Below, piece after piece: positions 28,168 through 43,389 of a DNA stretch of 64,000 nucleotides (the first letter of the stretch is position 1; every line of letters starts with the position of its first letter). A model generated the notes under the pieces. The model ran no database searches and was not told where the DNA came from. It was given only the letters and a program-made list of their open reading frames with translations. The position numbers were made by a program, and so were the translations under genes. Source of the stretch: Acidobacteriota bacterium (GTDB lineage: Bacteria; Acidobacteriota; UBA6911); NCBI GenBank assembly GCA_963664705.1, contig OY761556.1, forward strand, positions 4,544,001 through 4,608,000, written 5' to 3'.

Positions 28168-29136
28168 TTAGAAAACTCCATTTCCTTTGAGAATAAGAAC
28201 AATCAACAGCTGAACCAGGCTGACGGGAGCCAGGTATTTCCAACTGAAACTAACGATCTGGTCGATGCGGATTCGAGCGAATGCAGCACGGACAACGCTG
28301 AGCAGGAACACGATGAACGCGGTTTTGATCAATAGCTGTAAACCACCCAGCAAGATCCCCCCGGGAAAGCCGCCGAGAAATAAAGCGGCGATGAAGGCGG
28401 ATCCGACCAGCATCAGAATGTCTTTCTGGATTCGGAACATCGCCAGCTTCTTTCCGCTGTATTCGGTCAAAGGTCCGCCGACAACTTCCGTCTCGGCTTC
28501 CGGGATATCAAAGGGAACGCGCTCCAGTTTTGCCTGCAGGGTCAGCAGCGCAACCACGAAGGCAAGCACCTGAAGCAGAATGACCCACCAGGCTCCGCTC
28601 GTCCACGGGTATACCGCAATTGCCTGTATCTTCCAGCTGCCGGCCACCACCGCCGGCGTCAGCAAGGCCAGGAAAAATGGCACTTCATAGGCAAAGAGCT
28701 GTGTGAGCACGCGGGTCGCCCCGATCAGGCTGAAAGGGCTGACAGAAAACCAGCCCGCCAGGAAAAGCACCAGGGTCGGGATGGAAAGCAAGTACAGTAC
28801 GACGACCAGATCGCCCTCGAATGAGTTATAGGGAGTAAACATCCAGACGGGGATGTACAACCCGGCCGTAATCACCGCCGCAAGCCCCAGAATCGGCATG
28901 AAGCTGAACATGAACCGGTCAGCGCTCGCCGGGACAATATCTTCCTTGAAGAAAAGCTTGAAAATATCGGCCACCGGCTGCAGGACGCCATTGGGGCCCG
29001 TGTAGAGCGGCCCACGCCGGTTCTGCATGCGCGCATAGAACTTCCGGTCCATCCATTCCAGGTATGTCGAAAAGACGCACTGGAAGAGAAAACCGGGAAA
29101 TACCAGGATATACAGTAGCGGTTTAATGACTTCCAT
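28168..29136 (-). CDS. Group 4 hydrogenase membrane subunit (NuoH-like)
   Basis: ARMQNRRGP, QP.AD..KL..KE, R.PFD.PEAE.E...G..TEYSG. Confidence 0.93.
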   Translation of the reverse strand: MEVIKPLLYILVFPGFLFQCVFSTYLEWMDRKFYARMQNRRGPLYTGPNGVLQPVADIFKLFFKEDIVPASADRFMFSFMPILGLAAVITAGLYIPVWMFTPYNSFEGDLVVVLYLLSIPTLVLFLAGWFSVSPFSLIGATRVLTQLFAYEVPFFLALLTPAVVAGSWKIQAIAVYPWTSGAWWVILLQVLAFVVALLTLQAKLERVPFDIPEAETEVVGGPLTEYSGKKLAMFRIQKDILMLVGSAFIAALFLGGFPGGILLGGLQLLIKTAFIVFLLSVVRAAFARIRIDQIVSFSWKYLAPVSLVQLLIVLILKGNGVF

Positions 29137-29151
29137 TGATTTCCCCCAGGA

Positions 29152-30351
29152 TCAGAAACGGATCCCCTTGTTCTTGCCGTACCAATCGATCCCGTAGCGG
29201 CGCAGTTCTTCCCAGGTCGATATCCGGGTGCCCCTCTTACGGTCGTGAAGCACGATCGCCATCCGGTCGGTGCATGAGAAGCACGGATCGATGGAAGCGA
29301 TCGCGATCGGGATGTCTGCCACATACGCCCCAATAACCGACTCGGTCGCCGCTTCCAGATTCGCCATCGTGGGGGCGCGCACGCGGACGCGCTCCGGCTT
29401 GTCCGTGCCGTTGCCGCGCACGAAATGGACATCTTCGCCTCGCGGCGCCTCATAGCGGCTGACGGCCACGCCGGCGGGAGCTTTGCGCGGCACTTTCGCC
29501 GCCACGATATCCCCTTCCGGAAGATTCGTCAGCATCTGTTCAATCATCTTGCAGGATTCCACGATCTCGAGAACGCGCACAATCACGCGGCCATAAATGT
29601 CGCATGAATCGGCCGTGATCACCTTGAACTCCAGATCCTTGTATGCCCCATAAGGGTCATCGCGGCGGACATCGGTATCGACGCCGCTGGCGCGGGCAAA
29701 GGGACCCACCGCACACATTTCCGCAGCTCTTTTGGCCGGCAGCATTCCGACGCCTTTGATGCGGCCGACAAAGCTGGACTCGGTCGTGCCGATCTGCGCA
29801 TAGTAATCAAGCCGTTTTTTCAATACATCGAGCAGATTCAGGATCTTCTTCCGCTGCTCATCCGTCAGATCGCGACGCACGCCGCCGATCGTATTGATCG
29901 CATAGTTAACGCGATTTCCGCTGATCTCTTCCAGGATATCCATTACAAGCTCACGATCGCGCCATACGAGCATGAACATGGAATCGAAGCCAACTTCATG
30001 GGCCGCAACGCCGAGCCAGAGCAGGTGACTGTGCAGCCGCTCCAGTTCGCATACCAGTGTTCGCAGGTAGAGCCCGCGCTTCGGCACTTCCAGGCTCATG
30101 ACTTCTTCTACTGCCTGAACAAATGCCGTCGTATGCGAATGCGAGCAAATTCCGCAAATGCGCTCCAGGAGGTAAAGGCATTGGTAGTAGTTCCGGTTCT
30201 CACAAGCCTTCTCAATTCCGCGATGGTTGTACCCGATGTTCATCTGGGCACCAACGATCTCCTCGCCGTTGATATCGAAATTAAACATTGCCGGTTCTTT
30301 CAGCAACGGGTGCTGGGGACCTATCGGAATGCGGAAAGTCGAATCATCCAT
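29152..30351 (-). CDS. Group 4 [NiFe] hydrogenase large subunit
   Basis: GPQHP; L1 motif RICGICSHSH; L2 motif DPCFSCTDR followed by a C-terminal extension. Confidence 0.95.
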   Translation of the reverse strand: MDDSTFRIPIGPQHPLLKEPAMFNFDINGEEIVGAQMNIGYNHRGIEKACENRNYYQCLYLLERICGICSHSHTTAFVQAVEEVMSLEVPKRGLYLRTLVCELERLHSHLLWLGVAAHEVGFDSMFMLVWRDRELVMDILEEISGNRVNYAINTIGGVRRDLTDEQRKKILNLLDVLKKRLDYYAQIGTTESSFVGRIKGVGMLPAKRAAEMCAVGPFARASGVDTDVRRDDPYGAYKDLEFKVITADSCDIYGRVIVRVLEIVESCKMIEQMLTNLPEGDIVAAKVPRKAPAGVAVSRYEAPRGEDVHFVRGNGTDKPERVRVRAPTMANLEAATESVIGAYVADIPIAIASIDPCFSCTDRMAIVLHDRKRGTRISTWEELRRYGIDWYGKNKGIRF

Positions 30352-30352
30352 A

Positions 30353-30814
30353 TTACTTTGCCTCCTGTGTGATCACTTCGCCTTGCCGGTCAAATTGCAC
30401 ATCTTTGCGCAGGGGATAAACGCCCACCGGCCAGTCTTCGGGAACGGCCTGCCGCCTGAGATCAGGATGTCCCACAGGAATGATGCCGAACAGGTCTTTC
30501 AGTTCGCGTTCATATACCATGGCTCCGGGAATCATTGTGGCAAGCGAGGGAACTTCGGGGTTTTCCCTGTTGATCCGAACCTGCAGCACTACCACTTTGG
30601 GACCTGTAAAAACATAGTTGCCCAGGAAGGCATCGCGCACATCCTCGCCGACAATGACCGCCAACTGGATAATGGAAAGCTTATCGCGCAGCGTATCGAC
30701 GGCCGGTATCAGTTCTTCCGGAGTCAGCGCAACCCACAGGCGGCCGTTGGACCCGAGCGTCACCTGCGAATTCGGAAACGCTTCTCTCAGCCTTGCTTCA
30801 AAATCCTCTGTCAT
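30353..30814 (-). CDS. NuoC-like subunit
   Basis: YERELKDLFGI...GHPDLRR, YPLRKD. Confidence 0.92.
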   Translation of the reverse strand: MTEDFEARLREAFPNSQVTLGSNGRLWVALTPEELIPAVDTLRDKLSIIQLAVIVGEDVRDAFLGNYVFTGPKVVVLQVRINRENPEVPSLATMIPGAMVYERELKDLFGIIPVGHPDLRRQAVPEDWPVGVYPLRKDVQFDRQGEVITQEAK

Positions 30815-30828
30815 GGACAAACCTCCCT

Positions 30829-31263
30829 CTAGGCGCTTTTCTTCTGCAGGCTGCCAAGCAGCTTGGCAACGCCGTCGATAATCGCTTCCGGCTTCACCGG
30901 GCATCCGGGAATGTACGCAGAAACCGGAACAACCTGGTCAATTCCTTCCAGGACATTATAGCAGCCGCGGAATGCTCCCCCACTGGAGGCACAAGCACCG
31001 ACCGCAACCACAAATTTCGGTTCCGGCATCTGGTCGTAAATGCGACGGAGGCGCTGGGCCATCTGTTTTGTCACCGGCCCGCTGCAGACAAGAACGTCGG
31101 CATGTCGCGGAGAGGCCTTCAACAGAACTCCGAACCGCTCCAGATCATAATGGGGCATCAATGCCGCGAGAATTTCGATATCGCAGGCATTACAGGCGCC
31201 CGAATTGAAGTGCAGAATCCAGGGGGATTTTACCCTGGCCCAAGTCTTTAGTTTATCCAGCAT
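30829..31263 (-). CDS. Group 4 hydrogenase small subunit (NuoB-like)
   Basis: GACNACDIE, SPRHAD, GACA, IPGCP. Confidence 0.94.
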   Translation of the reverse strand: MLDKLKTWARVKSPWILHFNSGACNACDIEILAALMPHYDLERFGVLLKASPRHADVLVCSGPVTKQMAQRLRRIYDQMPEPKFVVAVGACASSGGAFRGCYNVLEGIDQVVPVSAYIPGCPVKPEAIIDGVAKLLGSLQKKSA

Positions 31264-31303
31264 ATGGCACCCTGACGGGTCTGGAGACCCGTCCCGCAAT
31301 TTG

Positions 31304-31636
31304 TTAGTCAAAATCCACGTACAGACAGGAAATGGAAGCCGCGATCACCACAAGGTACAGCATGGCCCGATACGCGCTTGCACCGCCCGGCACGGTGGCA
31401 ACGGTAAGCACCGCCACGTGCATGATGGTAAAGAAAATGGCCGCAATATAGAATTTTCGATATCCGAACTCGGATTTCTCAGCCTCGTAATTTTCGCCGC
31501 ACGCATACGGCTCATACTTTCCCTTTACCGGAGTGGCTTTCTCTTCCACCAGGCGACCGAAACCATACACAGCCGCACTAATGGCGAGACAGATCAGGAA
31601 AGCAACCGGAGGCGCCAATAATATAGATAAGTTCAT
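31304..31636 (-). CDS. NuoA-like membrane subunit
   Basis: KYEPYACGE loop; 3 TM. Confidence 0.85.
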   Translation of the reverse strand: MNLSILLAPPVAFLICLAISAAVYGFGRLVEEKATPVKGKYEPYACGENYEAEKSEFGYRKFYIAAIFFTIMHVAVLTVATVPGGASAYRAMLYLVVIAASISCLYVDFD

Positions 31637-31638
31637 GG

Positions 31639-31947
31639 TTAACCCCTTAGCTTCGAAAGGTTCCGAATGTCCAGCGACCCGTAGATCTTATGAGCGCGGA
31701 CCGCCAGTGCAAGCATTATGGCCGCCAGCACGGTTTCGACAATAATGAACGTCACGAGCAGCGATTGGATGAACCCAATATCCTGCCGATGGATCCCGGC
31801 TGCGAGAAACAGGAGCGTCACTCCCTTGGCAACAACTTCGACGGCAATGATCAAGCGCAACAGGTTCCGGTACAGGATGAGCATGTACACGCCTATCATC
31901 ATGATCAGCAGCCCGCAACTCATAAGAAGAAAGACTTCATTACTCAT
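31639..31947 (-). CDS. NuoK/MrpC-like subunit
   Basis: RNLLR..IAVE, 3 TM, C-terminal LSKLRG. Confidence 0.88.
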   Translation of the reverse strand: MSNEVFLLMSCGLLIMMIGVYMLILYRNLLRLIIAVEVVAKGVTLLFLAAGIHRQDIGFIQSLLVTFIIVETVLAAIMLALAVRAHKIYGSLDIRNLSKLRG

Positions 31948-32488
31948 GTTTCTTCTCCTTTCCCGGGACTCGGGACTGGGCCATCATGGCAATGGATTTG
32001 TAGATTTGCTCATGATCCTTCCCCGTGAGGCGGAAGAGGGAAAGGATTCCGAAAACGCCGGCAAGAATAAGCGCCACCTGGCCGAGGATATCGGAGCTTC
32101 GCATTTCCCAGAACACCTGTTGAAATGAACCGGTCTGCGGAGGAACGCCGCCGGGCAGAATCGAGCGAGCCATCCACTGCATAACAAAAACATCGATGCC
32201 GATGAAGATCAGCACAAACAGGGGGATGAAATACATCGGCAGCCGCGTCTCGGTTTTCATATCGGAGTCTTTGGTCAGGCTGACCGTTGCAATGAAAAGA
32301 ACGGTAATCAGTCCGGCGCAGACGCTCAGCTCAAATACGCCAGCGATATTGGCATCGAAGTGGAACAGCACTATCGACAGGATTGCAGAACTGGCCGCAA
32401 GCGCAACCGCGACATACAGCAGGTCCTTGAATACGCAACAGCCAATCGAGAGAAGGACAAGCAGTCCAAGAAAAACCCAAAGCAGCAT
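31940..32488 (-). CDS. NuoJ/MrpB-like membrane subunit
   Basis: ELSVCAGLI; W..R..D..GQ; 5 TM. Confidence 0.78.
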   Translation of the reverse strand: MLLWVFLGLLVLLSIGCCVFKDLLYVAVALAASSAILSIVLFHFDANIAGVFELSVCAGLITVLFIATVSLTKDSDMKTETRLPMYFIPLFVLIFIGIDVFVMQWMARSILPGGVPPQTGSFQQVFWEMRSSDILGQVALILAGVFGILSLFRLTGKDHEQIYKSIAMMAQSRVPGKEKKHE

Positions 32489-32489
32489 C

Positions 32490-33932
32490 TTATTTGCCTC
32501 CCAGTAAAATCATGGCCGCCGGTTCCACAATGCCGCTGGTCACGGAGTGGAAGAACACTCCGCTCAAAATACAGGCAGCAGCCAGGAGAATGACCGCACA
32601 CGACATGGCAAATGGAGCTTCGCTGATATCCTGCCACTTTCCGTTGAGCTTCCCGAAAAACACTTTGCGCTGGATGATGAGGAAATACCCAAGGGTGAAA
32701 ATGCTGACCAGGATGGCAAGCACGGCAATGGCGTACTTCCCGGCCGCGAGGGCTCCCATGATAATAAACAGCTTGCTCCAGAATCCGTTAAAAGGCGGCA
32801 CGCCGGCGATTGAGAGCGTCCCGAAAACACTGGTGATGCTGGTTACAGGCATCCGGTTTTCCAGCCCTCCCATCTCCTCGATATCGCGGGTATGAAGCCG
32901 ATACTGGACGGAACCGCTGTTTAAGAAGAGAAGCGATTTAAAGAGCGCATGATTGAACACGTGGAAAAGCGCGCCGACAAATCCCAAAAGGTTCCCGAGC
33001 CCGAATCCGATCATGATGTAGCCGATCTGGCTGATGCTCGAATAGGCCAATATGCGCTTGAAGTCACGTTGGAAGTAAGCGAGTACCGCTCCTGCAATCA
33101 TGGAAAGGGTTCCCAGGATCAGGAACACGTTCCGGACCTGGCCAATGGGCGGCAAAATATAGAAGAAGATGCGCGCCATGGCATAAACGCCCGCCACCTT
33201 AATCACGACGCCGCTCAGCATGGCAGAAATCGGGGCGGGTGCCGACGGGTGGGCGTCAGGGAGCCAGGCATGGAAGGGCATCAACGCAGCCTTCAAGCCA
33301 AAGCCGGCAATGAAAAGAGCGGCACAAAGCAGGAAGATCGGCGGCAGCTGCCCTGCCTGCGCGGCCAGTAATCCTCTCAGAACATCGAACTCGAGAGTGC
33401 CGGTATTCAGATATATCAGAGCGATTCCCAACAAAATCATCGATGTCGCGACCGCGGACAACAGCAGGTACTTGATCGCCGACTCAATCCCATCGTACCC
33501 GAGCCCGAACGCCACCAGCACGTAGGATGCTATCGACGCAACCTCCAGGAAGACATAAAGGCTGAAAAGATCGCGCGTCAGCAGCATTGCATTCAGTCCA
33601 AGTACCATGATCAGCAGCAGTGCAAAGAACTTGCCCCGGCCGCCAAGGTAGGCGACGTAGGCTGTCGAATAGATCATGCACGCAAACGCGACTGCGTTAA
33701 CGACCACAAGAAACAGAAGACTGACGCTGTCGAGTGCAAACCGGGCTCCAAACATCTCAAATTTCAATCCGGTCCCGATCACGGGAATCAGCCGGAGAGT
33801 AAAGAGAAGCAGCAGCCCTGTGGCCACGGTCGCCAGCGTGTTCGCCGCCCACTTGCCGGCCCGCGATGCCCAAGGCATGAGCAGAACCGCAATTGGCGGT
33901 AACAGCAGGATCCAGCCTAAGTATGATTCCAT
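32490..33932 (-). CDS. Proton-translocating antiporter-like subunit (MrpD/NuoN-like)
   Basis: PFHAWLPDAHPSAP, LAYSSISQIG, PPFNGFWSK. Confidence 0.93.
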   Translation of the reverse strand: MESYLGWILLLPPIAVLLMPWASRAGKWAANTLATVATGLLLLFTLRLIPVIGTGLKFEMFGARFALDSVSLLFLVVVNAVAFACMIYSTAYVAYLGGRGKFFALLLIMVLGLNAMLLTRDLFSLYVFLEVASIASYVLVAFGLGYDGIESAIKYLLLSAVATSMILLGIALIYLNTGTLEFDVLRGLLAAQAGQLPPIFLLCAALFIAGFGLKAALMPFHAWLPDAHPSAPAPISAMLSGVVIKVAGVYAMARIFFYILPPIGQVRNVFLILGTLSMIAGAVLAYFQRDFKRILAYSSISQIGYIMIGFGLGNLLGFVGALFHVFNHALFKSLLFLNSGSVQYRLHTRDIEEMGGLENRMPVTSITSVFGTLSIAGVPPFNGFWSKLFIIMGALAAGKYAIAVLAILVSIFTLGYFLIIQRKVFFGKLNGKWQDISEAPFAMSCAVILLAAACILSGVFFHSVTSGIVEPAAMILLGGK

Positions 33933-33952
33933 TATCGACCTCAGAATCAGAG

Positions 33953-34031
33953 GAATTGCGAATGACAAACCACGAATGACGAATTGAACCGCACGGAATG
34001 TTTCATTCGCAATTCGTCATTCATAATTCGT
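33953..34031. repeat. Intergenic palindrome with 7-nt periodicity
   Basis: AATTGCGAATGACAAACCACGAATGACGAATTG ... CATTCGCAATTCGTCATTCATAATTCGT. Confidence 0.7.
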
Positions 34032-34045
34032 AACCAGTTCAATGA

Positions 34046-35872
34046 TCAACCCAGCAGGGCCGATCCAAACAGGAAGAACAAAACAACAATGAATCCCAAA
34101 ACAGCCCAGCACAGATAATTGCCGTAAATACCGTTATGAGCGCCGCTCAGGGCAGGCCGCAACAGCCAGCGGCCTCCGCCGATGATACCGTCGCCCACCA
34201 CATCGATCAGTCGCTCCACATACCGGAACACCAGGCCGGTGATGAACTCGACTACTTTCACGCCGATCTCATAAGCATCGAATTTTTTTTCATCGGCCAT
34301 ACGAAGCGCAGGGCCAAGCACCGGCGAAATGACCAGAGGGCTGAAGGCCTCCGCCGCCGTCTTCCGACCGCTGCGGGCTGCAGCATACATCATGAATCCG
34401 AGCGTATAAATGGCAAGCGACACCACTGTCAGCCGCGAAAAATGCCAGACGTTCCCAAGCAGGCCCGCCTCGTGCGCTCCGGTCACCGCGCTGAAAAGCC
34501 CATCGGCACGCTGGAAAATAACTCCGCCTGCAAACGCGGCAATACCGAGCAGAAGCGCCGGCACCATGCATACTCCCTTTGCTTCATTTTTATTGCTGAA
34601 ACCGGGAGCCCAGAGCACCGCAATAACCTTCGAGAATACAGCCACATTCAGAATCGCTCCGAGGGCAAGCAGCACCAGCACAATGACATGGCCACCTTCC
34701 AGCGCCCCCTCAAATATCAATTCTTTGGCCATAAACCCGCCGGTAGGCGGCAGTGAAATGGCAGCCACAAATGCGAGGAAAAAGGCCGCGGCCGACATCG
34801 GCATACTGCGCGCGATTCCGAGCAGCCGCTCCAGCGTAGTGCTTCCCGCCTTTTCCTCAAAATTCCCAAGCGCGAAAAACATCGCGGACTTATAAGTCGC
34901 ATGAGTCAGCATATACAGCAGCGCGCCGGCAAAACCTGCGGCTTCCGAAACGGCCATGCCGCATACCATGAATCCGACCGGGGAGATCGCTGTCAAAGCC
35001 AGGACCTTCCTCAAATCCTTTTCCACGAGTGCCGGGACGATGGCAACAAAGACGGTTGCAAGCCCGAAAACAAACATGCAGCTCCGCGCCGCAGGACTCA
35101 GGACGAACATCTGATTCGTCAGCACGAACAGGAAGTAGATGCCCAGAACTTTTTCGAGCGACGCCGGCATTGCCGCAAAGCCCGATGCAGGCATTACCTG
35201 AGCAGCATCCGGAATCCAGGTATGAAACGGAAACATTCCGGCCTTGGCGCCCGCGCCCAGGAAAATCAGCAGGAACGACCAGAAAGCCATCGGATTGGAC
35301 GCGATCTCTATCCGCGCAGTCATGGAATGATCCGGTGCCAGCGCAAAGAAGAACATCAACCCGAGGATCATCAGGAAGTCGCTTGCGCCGCCGATTATCA
35401 GGGCTTTGCGCGCCACCGGCTCAGCCTTATCGCCGCTGCTGTGAATCATCATATACAGCGCCACCAGGAAGAGTTCCCATCCGACAAGAAGGATCAGCAG
35501 GCTGTCGGTAAGAAGAACCGCGCAGGATGAAGCGAAGGCAATCAGCAGTGCAAACAGGTACAGGTAGGGCCGTGCCGGAAGGGCGGCGCCCAAGGAATAA
35601 ACCGCCGTCATCAACTGGAAGAAGAACACAAATCCGAGCAGGAAGGTTTTCCAGCTGTTCAGGCTGAAACTCAGGGTAAATATCTCAACCCAGGAATACT
35701 CGACCTTGGGCGCTGAACCCGAAGCCGCCCAGAAAGCCAACCCGGACACAATCACGGAGAGGAGAACCAGCCCAGCTCCGATTTTGGTGTTCCTGCGGAA
35801 GAGAGGCAGGACGAACACTGCGAGCAGCAAGGGCAAAATGACGGGCACAAATAAAAGCATCGACGCGTTCAT
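34046..35872 (-). CDS. Antiporter-like subunit (NuoL/MrpA-like, with C-terminal extension)
   Basis: PFHTWIPDAA, H..YKS..F, PPTGGF.AK. Confidence 0.9.
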   Translation of the reverse strand: MNASMLLFVPVILPLLLAVFVLPLFRRNTKIGAGLVLLSVIVSGLAFWAASGSAPKVEYSWVEIFTLSFSLNSWKTFLLGFVFFFQLMTAVYSLGAALPARPYLYLFALLIAFASSCAVLLTDSLLILLVGWELFLVALYMMIHSSGDKAEPVARKALIIGGASDFLMILGLMFFFALAPDHSMTARIEIASNPMAFWSFLLIFLGAGAKAGMFPFHTWIPDAAQVMPASGFAAMPASLEKVLGIYFLFVLTNQMFVLSPAARSCMFVFGLATVFVAIVPALVEKDLRKVLALTAISPVGFMVCGMAVSEAAGFAGALLYMLTHATYKSAMFFALGNFEEKAGSTTLERLLGIARSMPMSAAAFFLAFVAAISLPPTGGFMAKELIFEGALEGGHVIVLVLLALGAILNVAVFSKVIAVLWAPGFSNKNEAKGVCMVPALLLGIAAFAGGVIFQRADGLFSAVTGAHEAGLLGNVWHFSRLTVVSLAIYTLGFMMYAAARSGRKTAAEAFSPLVISPVLGPALRMADEKKFDAYEIGVKVVEFITGLVFRYVERLIDVVGDGIIGGGRWLLRPALSGAHNGIYGNYLCWAVLGFIVVLFFLFGSALLG

Positions 35873-35875
35873 AAC

Positions 35876-37327
35876 CTATCTCCACAGAAGGCTGACGACG
35901 TTGGCCAGGCGCTGTCCATCGGCAACTTTGACCAGGCTGTATGGAAACTGCAGCAGAAAGCCGCTGACAACAGTCAAGACGGCAAGCACGGCAACAACAC
36001 CCACCATGATGGGGCTGCCTTCGTGATGAGCTTCGCCGCGGGACTGGCCAAGGAAAACGACGTGAAAGCTCTTGAGCATATAAAGGAGTGTGACGACGGC
36101 GGTCAGGATAGCGAGCGTAGCAATGACAAAATGGCCGCCTTCCACAAGGCCGTTAATCACAAAATATTTGCTGAAGAAACCCACCATAGGAGGAATGCCG
36201 GCAATGCTCAGGGCACAGATCAAATAGGAGACTGCCGTGATCGGCATCTTCTTGAACAGGCCTCCCATCTTGGTCATATCTTTGGTGTGCGTCCCGTGCT
36301 CGATAATACCGGCGCAAAGGAAAAGCCCACCCTTGGCAAATCCGTGGGCCATGATATAGAGCAACGCCCCGATATATCCATAATGTGTAAAGACGATCAG
36401 CCCCAGAAATGTGTACCCGATCTGGCTCACGGTCGAATAGGCGAGCAGGCGCTTGATATTGGTCTCGTGCAGAGCGGCGCTGGCTGAAACAAAGGCGCTC
36501 ATGAGCGCAAAGCCGAGCAGCCAGGTTTGCGCCTTCGGCTGAATGACCATGCCGTTGCAGAACAGGCGTGCAAACGCATACAGACCGATTTTCACCAGGA
36601 TGGCGGCGTGGAGCAGTGAGGTGATGGTGGAAGGGGCAACCCCGGCATCCGGCAGCCATGTGTGCAACGGAACCGTGGCGCTTTTGCTGAAAACACCCGC
36701 CATAATAAGGATAAGAGCGACGCCGCTGATTTCCTTTCCGCGCAGTTCGCTGATGTCCAGAGTTCCGTACTGGGTGAAGATCAAAGCAAAGCCGAGCAGC
36801 ATAAGGACCGCGCCGCCAAAGGTAATGAGAAAGGCTTTGTCTGCTTTCCAGATGTATTCCGGATCGCGAAAGTAGCCGATCAGGCGCCAGCAGGCGAGCG
36901 CGGAGATTTCCCAGAACATATACAGAAAAATGAGATTCCTTGAAAAGACCAATCCCATCATCGCACCGACAAACAGCGTCACGATGAAGTAGTATTCCGG
37001 TTCGTGGTCGCCATGCTCGATGTACCCGAGAGAGTAGACGGCGATCAGAGTGGCAAGCAGGGAAGCGGTGAAAGCCATGAATACCGCAAGCGCGTCAATA
37101 TTGAGCGAAAACGCGATCTTGCCGTAAAGAGGAAAAGACAATGAGCTGACCCGGCCGCCAACAGCCGGCCCCAGCAATGGCCACGTAAGAAGATGAGTGG
37201 AGCCTATAAGTAGAACCGCGAGCCAACCGGTTGCCTTGCGCTGCCCGGCCCAGCCTGTGAGCGGGATAAGCAACGAGCCGAGCAAAGGAACCAGGATGAC
37301 CGCCAAAGTCTGCGACTCAATTCCCAT
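35876..37327 (-). CDS. Antiporter-like subunit (NuoL/MrpA-type core)
   Basis: KSA.VPLHTWLPDA, LAYSTVSQIG, PPMVGFFSK. Confidence 0.92.
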   Translation of the reverse strand: MGIESQTLAVILVPLLGSLLIPLTGWAGQRKATGWLAVLLIGSTHLLTWPLLGPAVGGRVSSLSFPLYGKIAFSLNIDALAVFMAFTASLLATLIAVYSLGYIEHGDHEPEYYFIVTLFVGAMMGLVFSRNLIFLYMFWEISALACWRLIGYFRDPEYIWKADKAFLITFGGAVLMLLGFALIFTQYGTLDISELRGKEISGVALILIMAGVFSKSATVPLHTWLPDAGVAPSTITSLLHAAILVKIGLYAFARLFCNGMVIQPKAQTWLLGFALMSAFVSASAALHETNIKRLLAYSTVSQIGYTFLGLIVFTHYGYIGALLYIMAHGFAKGGLFLCAGIIEHGTHTKDMTKMGGLFKKMPITAVSYLICALSIAGIPPMVGFFSKYFVINGLVEGGHFVIATLAILTAVVTLLYMLKSFHVVFLGQSRGEAHHEGSPIMVGVVAVLAVLTVVSGFLLQFPYSLVKVADGQRLANVVSLLWR

Positions 37328-37585
37328 TCTTTTCACTCCAAAGGCCAATTTGGCCAAAATGATTACGTTGGAAACGCCCGATTATAGGGGAAATCGAACA
37401 TGCATTCCATCAGAATCTTATAAAACCTAATCGGACACAGACATGTGATTAGTTTTATTAACTGAGGCGGCCACGGGGATCCGCGGTGCAATGCGGGCGG
37501 TTAGCCGAGCACACTTCAGCCGGATTCTTCCGGGAAACAACGACGTCTTTGGTTATTTGGGTCTTTGAGGTATAGGAACTTGCAT

Positions 37586-37631
37586 AAAACAAAAACGCCA
37601 CGAACCGCACCTTTTAATGCGATTCGTGGCG
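37586..37631 (-). terminator. Intrinsic terminator downstream of the 16S rRNA gene
   Basis: CGCCACGAA(T)CGCA hairpin followed on the minus strand by TTTTTGTTTT. Confidence 0.85.
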
Positions 37632-37691
37632 ATGATCAAGAGATCTTTGACAACTAGACAGGCGTGCTGAAAATCTTCCAGTGGATTACTT

Positions 37692-39236
<1,545 letters not shown>

Positions 39237-39393
39237 TCTTTAAGAGAGTCTTGAACTTAGTTCAAGATCTACTGGTTTTGTTTTGGTAACCAAGATTCGA
39301 AATAAATTCCGAACCCAAGTTATATGTGTAATCTCAAAGGTTTAATGAGATTTCCGCACACACTATCTAGTTGTCAAAGATCTCTAGTCTGGC

Positions 39394-39523
39394 TTCAAGT
39401 TCCAGGTTATAGGCTCCAGGTTTGTGAAGCCCATAACTTGAAACTTGTTTGGTAGCCAGTATCCAGTAGTCGGTAGTCAATTTAGATTTTACTCTGACTA
39501 CTGGCTACTGAATACTGACTACT
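39394..39523. repeat. Two heptamer-periodic hairpins in the 5S-16S spacer
   Basis: GTAGCCAGTATCCAGTAGTCGGTAGTCA / TGACTACTGGCTACTGAATACTGACTAC; CAAGTTCCAGGTTATAGGCTCCA / TGAAGCCCATAACTTGAAACTTG. Confidence 0.75.
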
Positions 39524-39533
39524 TATAATTTAA

Positions 39534-39650
<117 letters not shown>

Positions 39651-39739
39651 ACTCTGGTCTGCAGCCTTCGCTGCTTCCCTTTTTTCCGTTCTATCGTCAG
39701 ATAACGACAGGCTTGAGATTTTCAAGCAGGGCAAATCTT

Positions 39740-42757
<3,018 letters not shown>

Positions 42758-43098
42758 CACTCAAAATCTCTTCCAAGACCTCAAGTTCAGAGCACTATCA
42801 TGGCCCCTTGTTCCTTGATTCTTTTTTACCCGTCGTTATCTGATTGTCAAAGATCAATCCGGCTTATGCCGGAGACCAAAAACTCACCTATGAGTCCTTG
42901 GCTTCAGGCACCCCGCCTCCACTACATTTCGACGGGCTCGCCAGCCGAGATAAGAGTATTAATGTTTAATTCTCTTCCCGGCTATTTTCTTGATTGCTAG
43001 TTCAAAGATGAACGGCCTGCCTAAAATCCCAGGAGACCGTTTTGCTGAAGGTTGCTGATCCCGGCTTCAACTGAAGGCCATTTGCAGCAGGAACTTTT

Positions 43099-43262
43099 AG
43101 AATAGCAACCGGTGTTTATTTTGACAAGCACTTTTTTACCAAATTGCTATTTATTTTGTTCTCCCGTCGCCGTCCTCACTGGGAAGCCGCTCAACAGGAG
43201 TGCAGAAGATAGCAACCCATCATTGCTTTGGCAAGCATCTTTTTCATTTTTTTATTCTTTTC
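43099..43262 (-). promoter_or_regulatory. Tandem rRNA promoters P1/P2 upstream of 23S
   Basis: TTGCCA-17-TATCTT (43234-43206) with A-rich UP element; TTGTCA-17-TATTCT (43127-43099); both share GGTTGCTAT. Confidence 0.75.
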
Positions 43263-43389
43263 TAACGAAATGCCCCCGGGCAGCCCCGAACAGGAGAAAC
43301 TTGAAACAAATAGTTTGAGCCTTCGAGTCTTGGATGTTCCTGTTGTACAATGCCGCGTTCACATGACTCAATGAATGGGAGGATTTCCG

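Noticed and set aside
29152-30351. [NiFeSe] hydrogenase
   Set aside because: All four Ni-ligand positions are Cys codons; no in-frame TGA.
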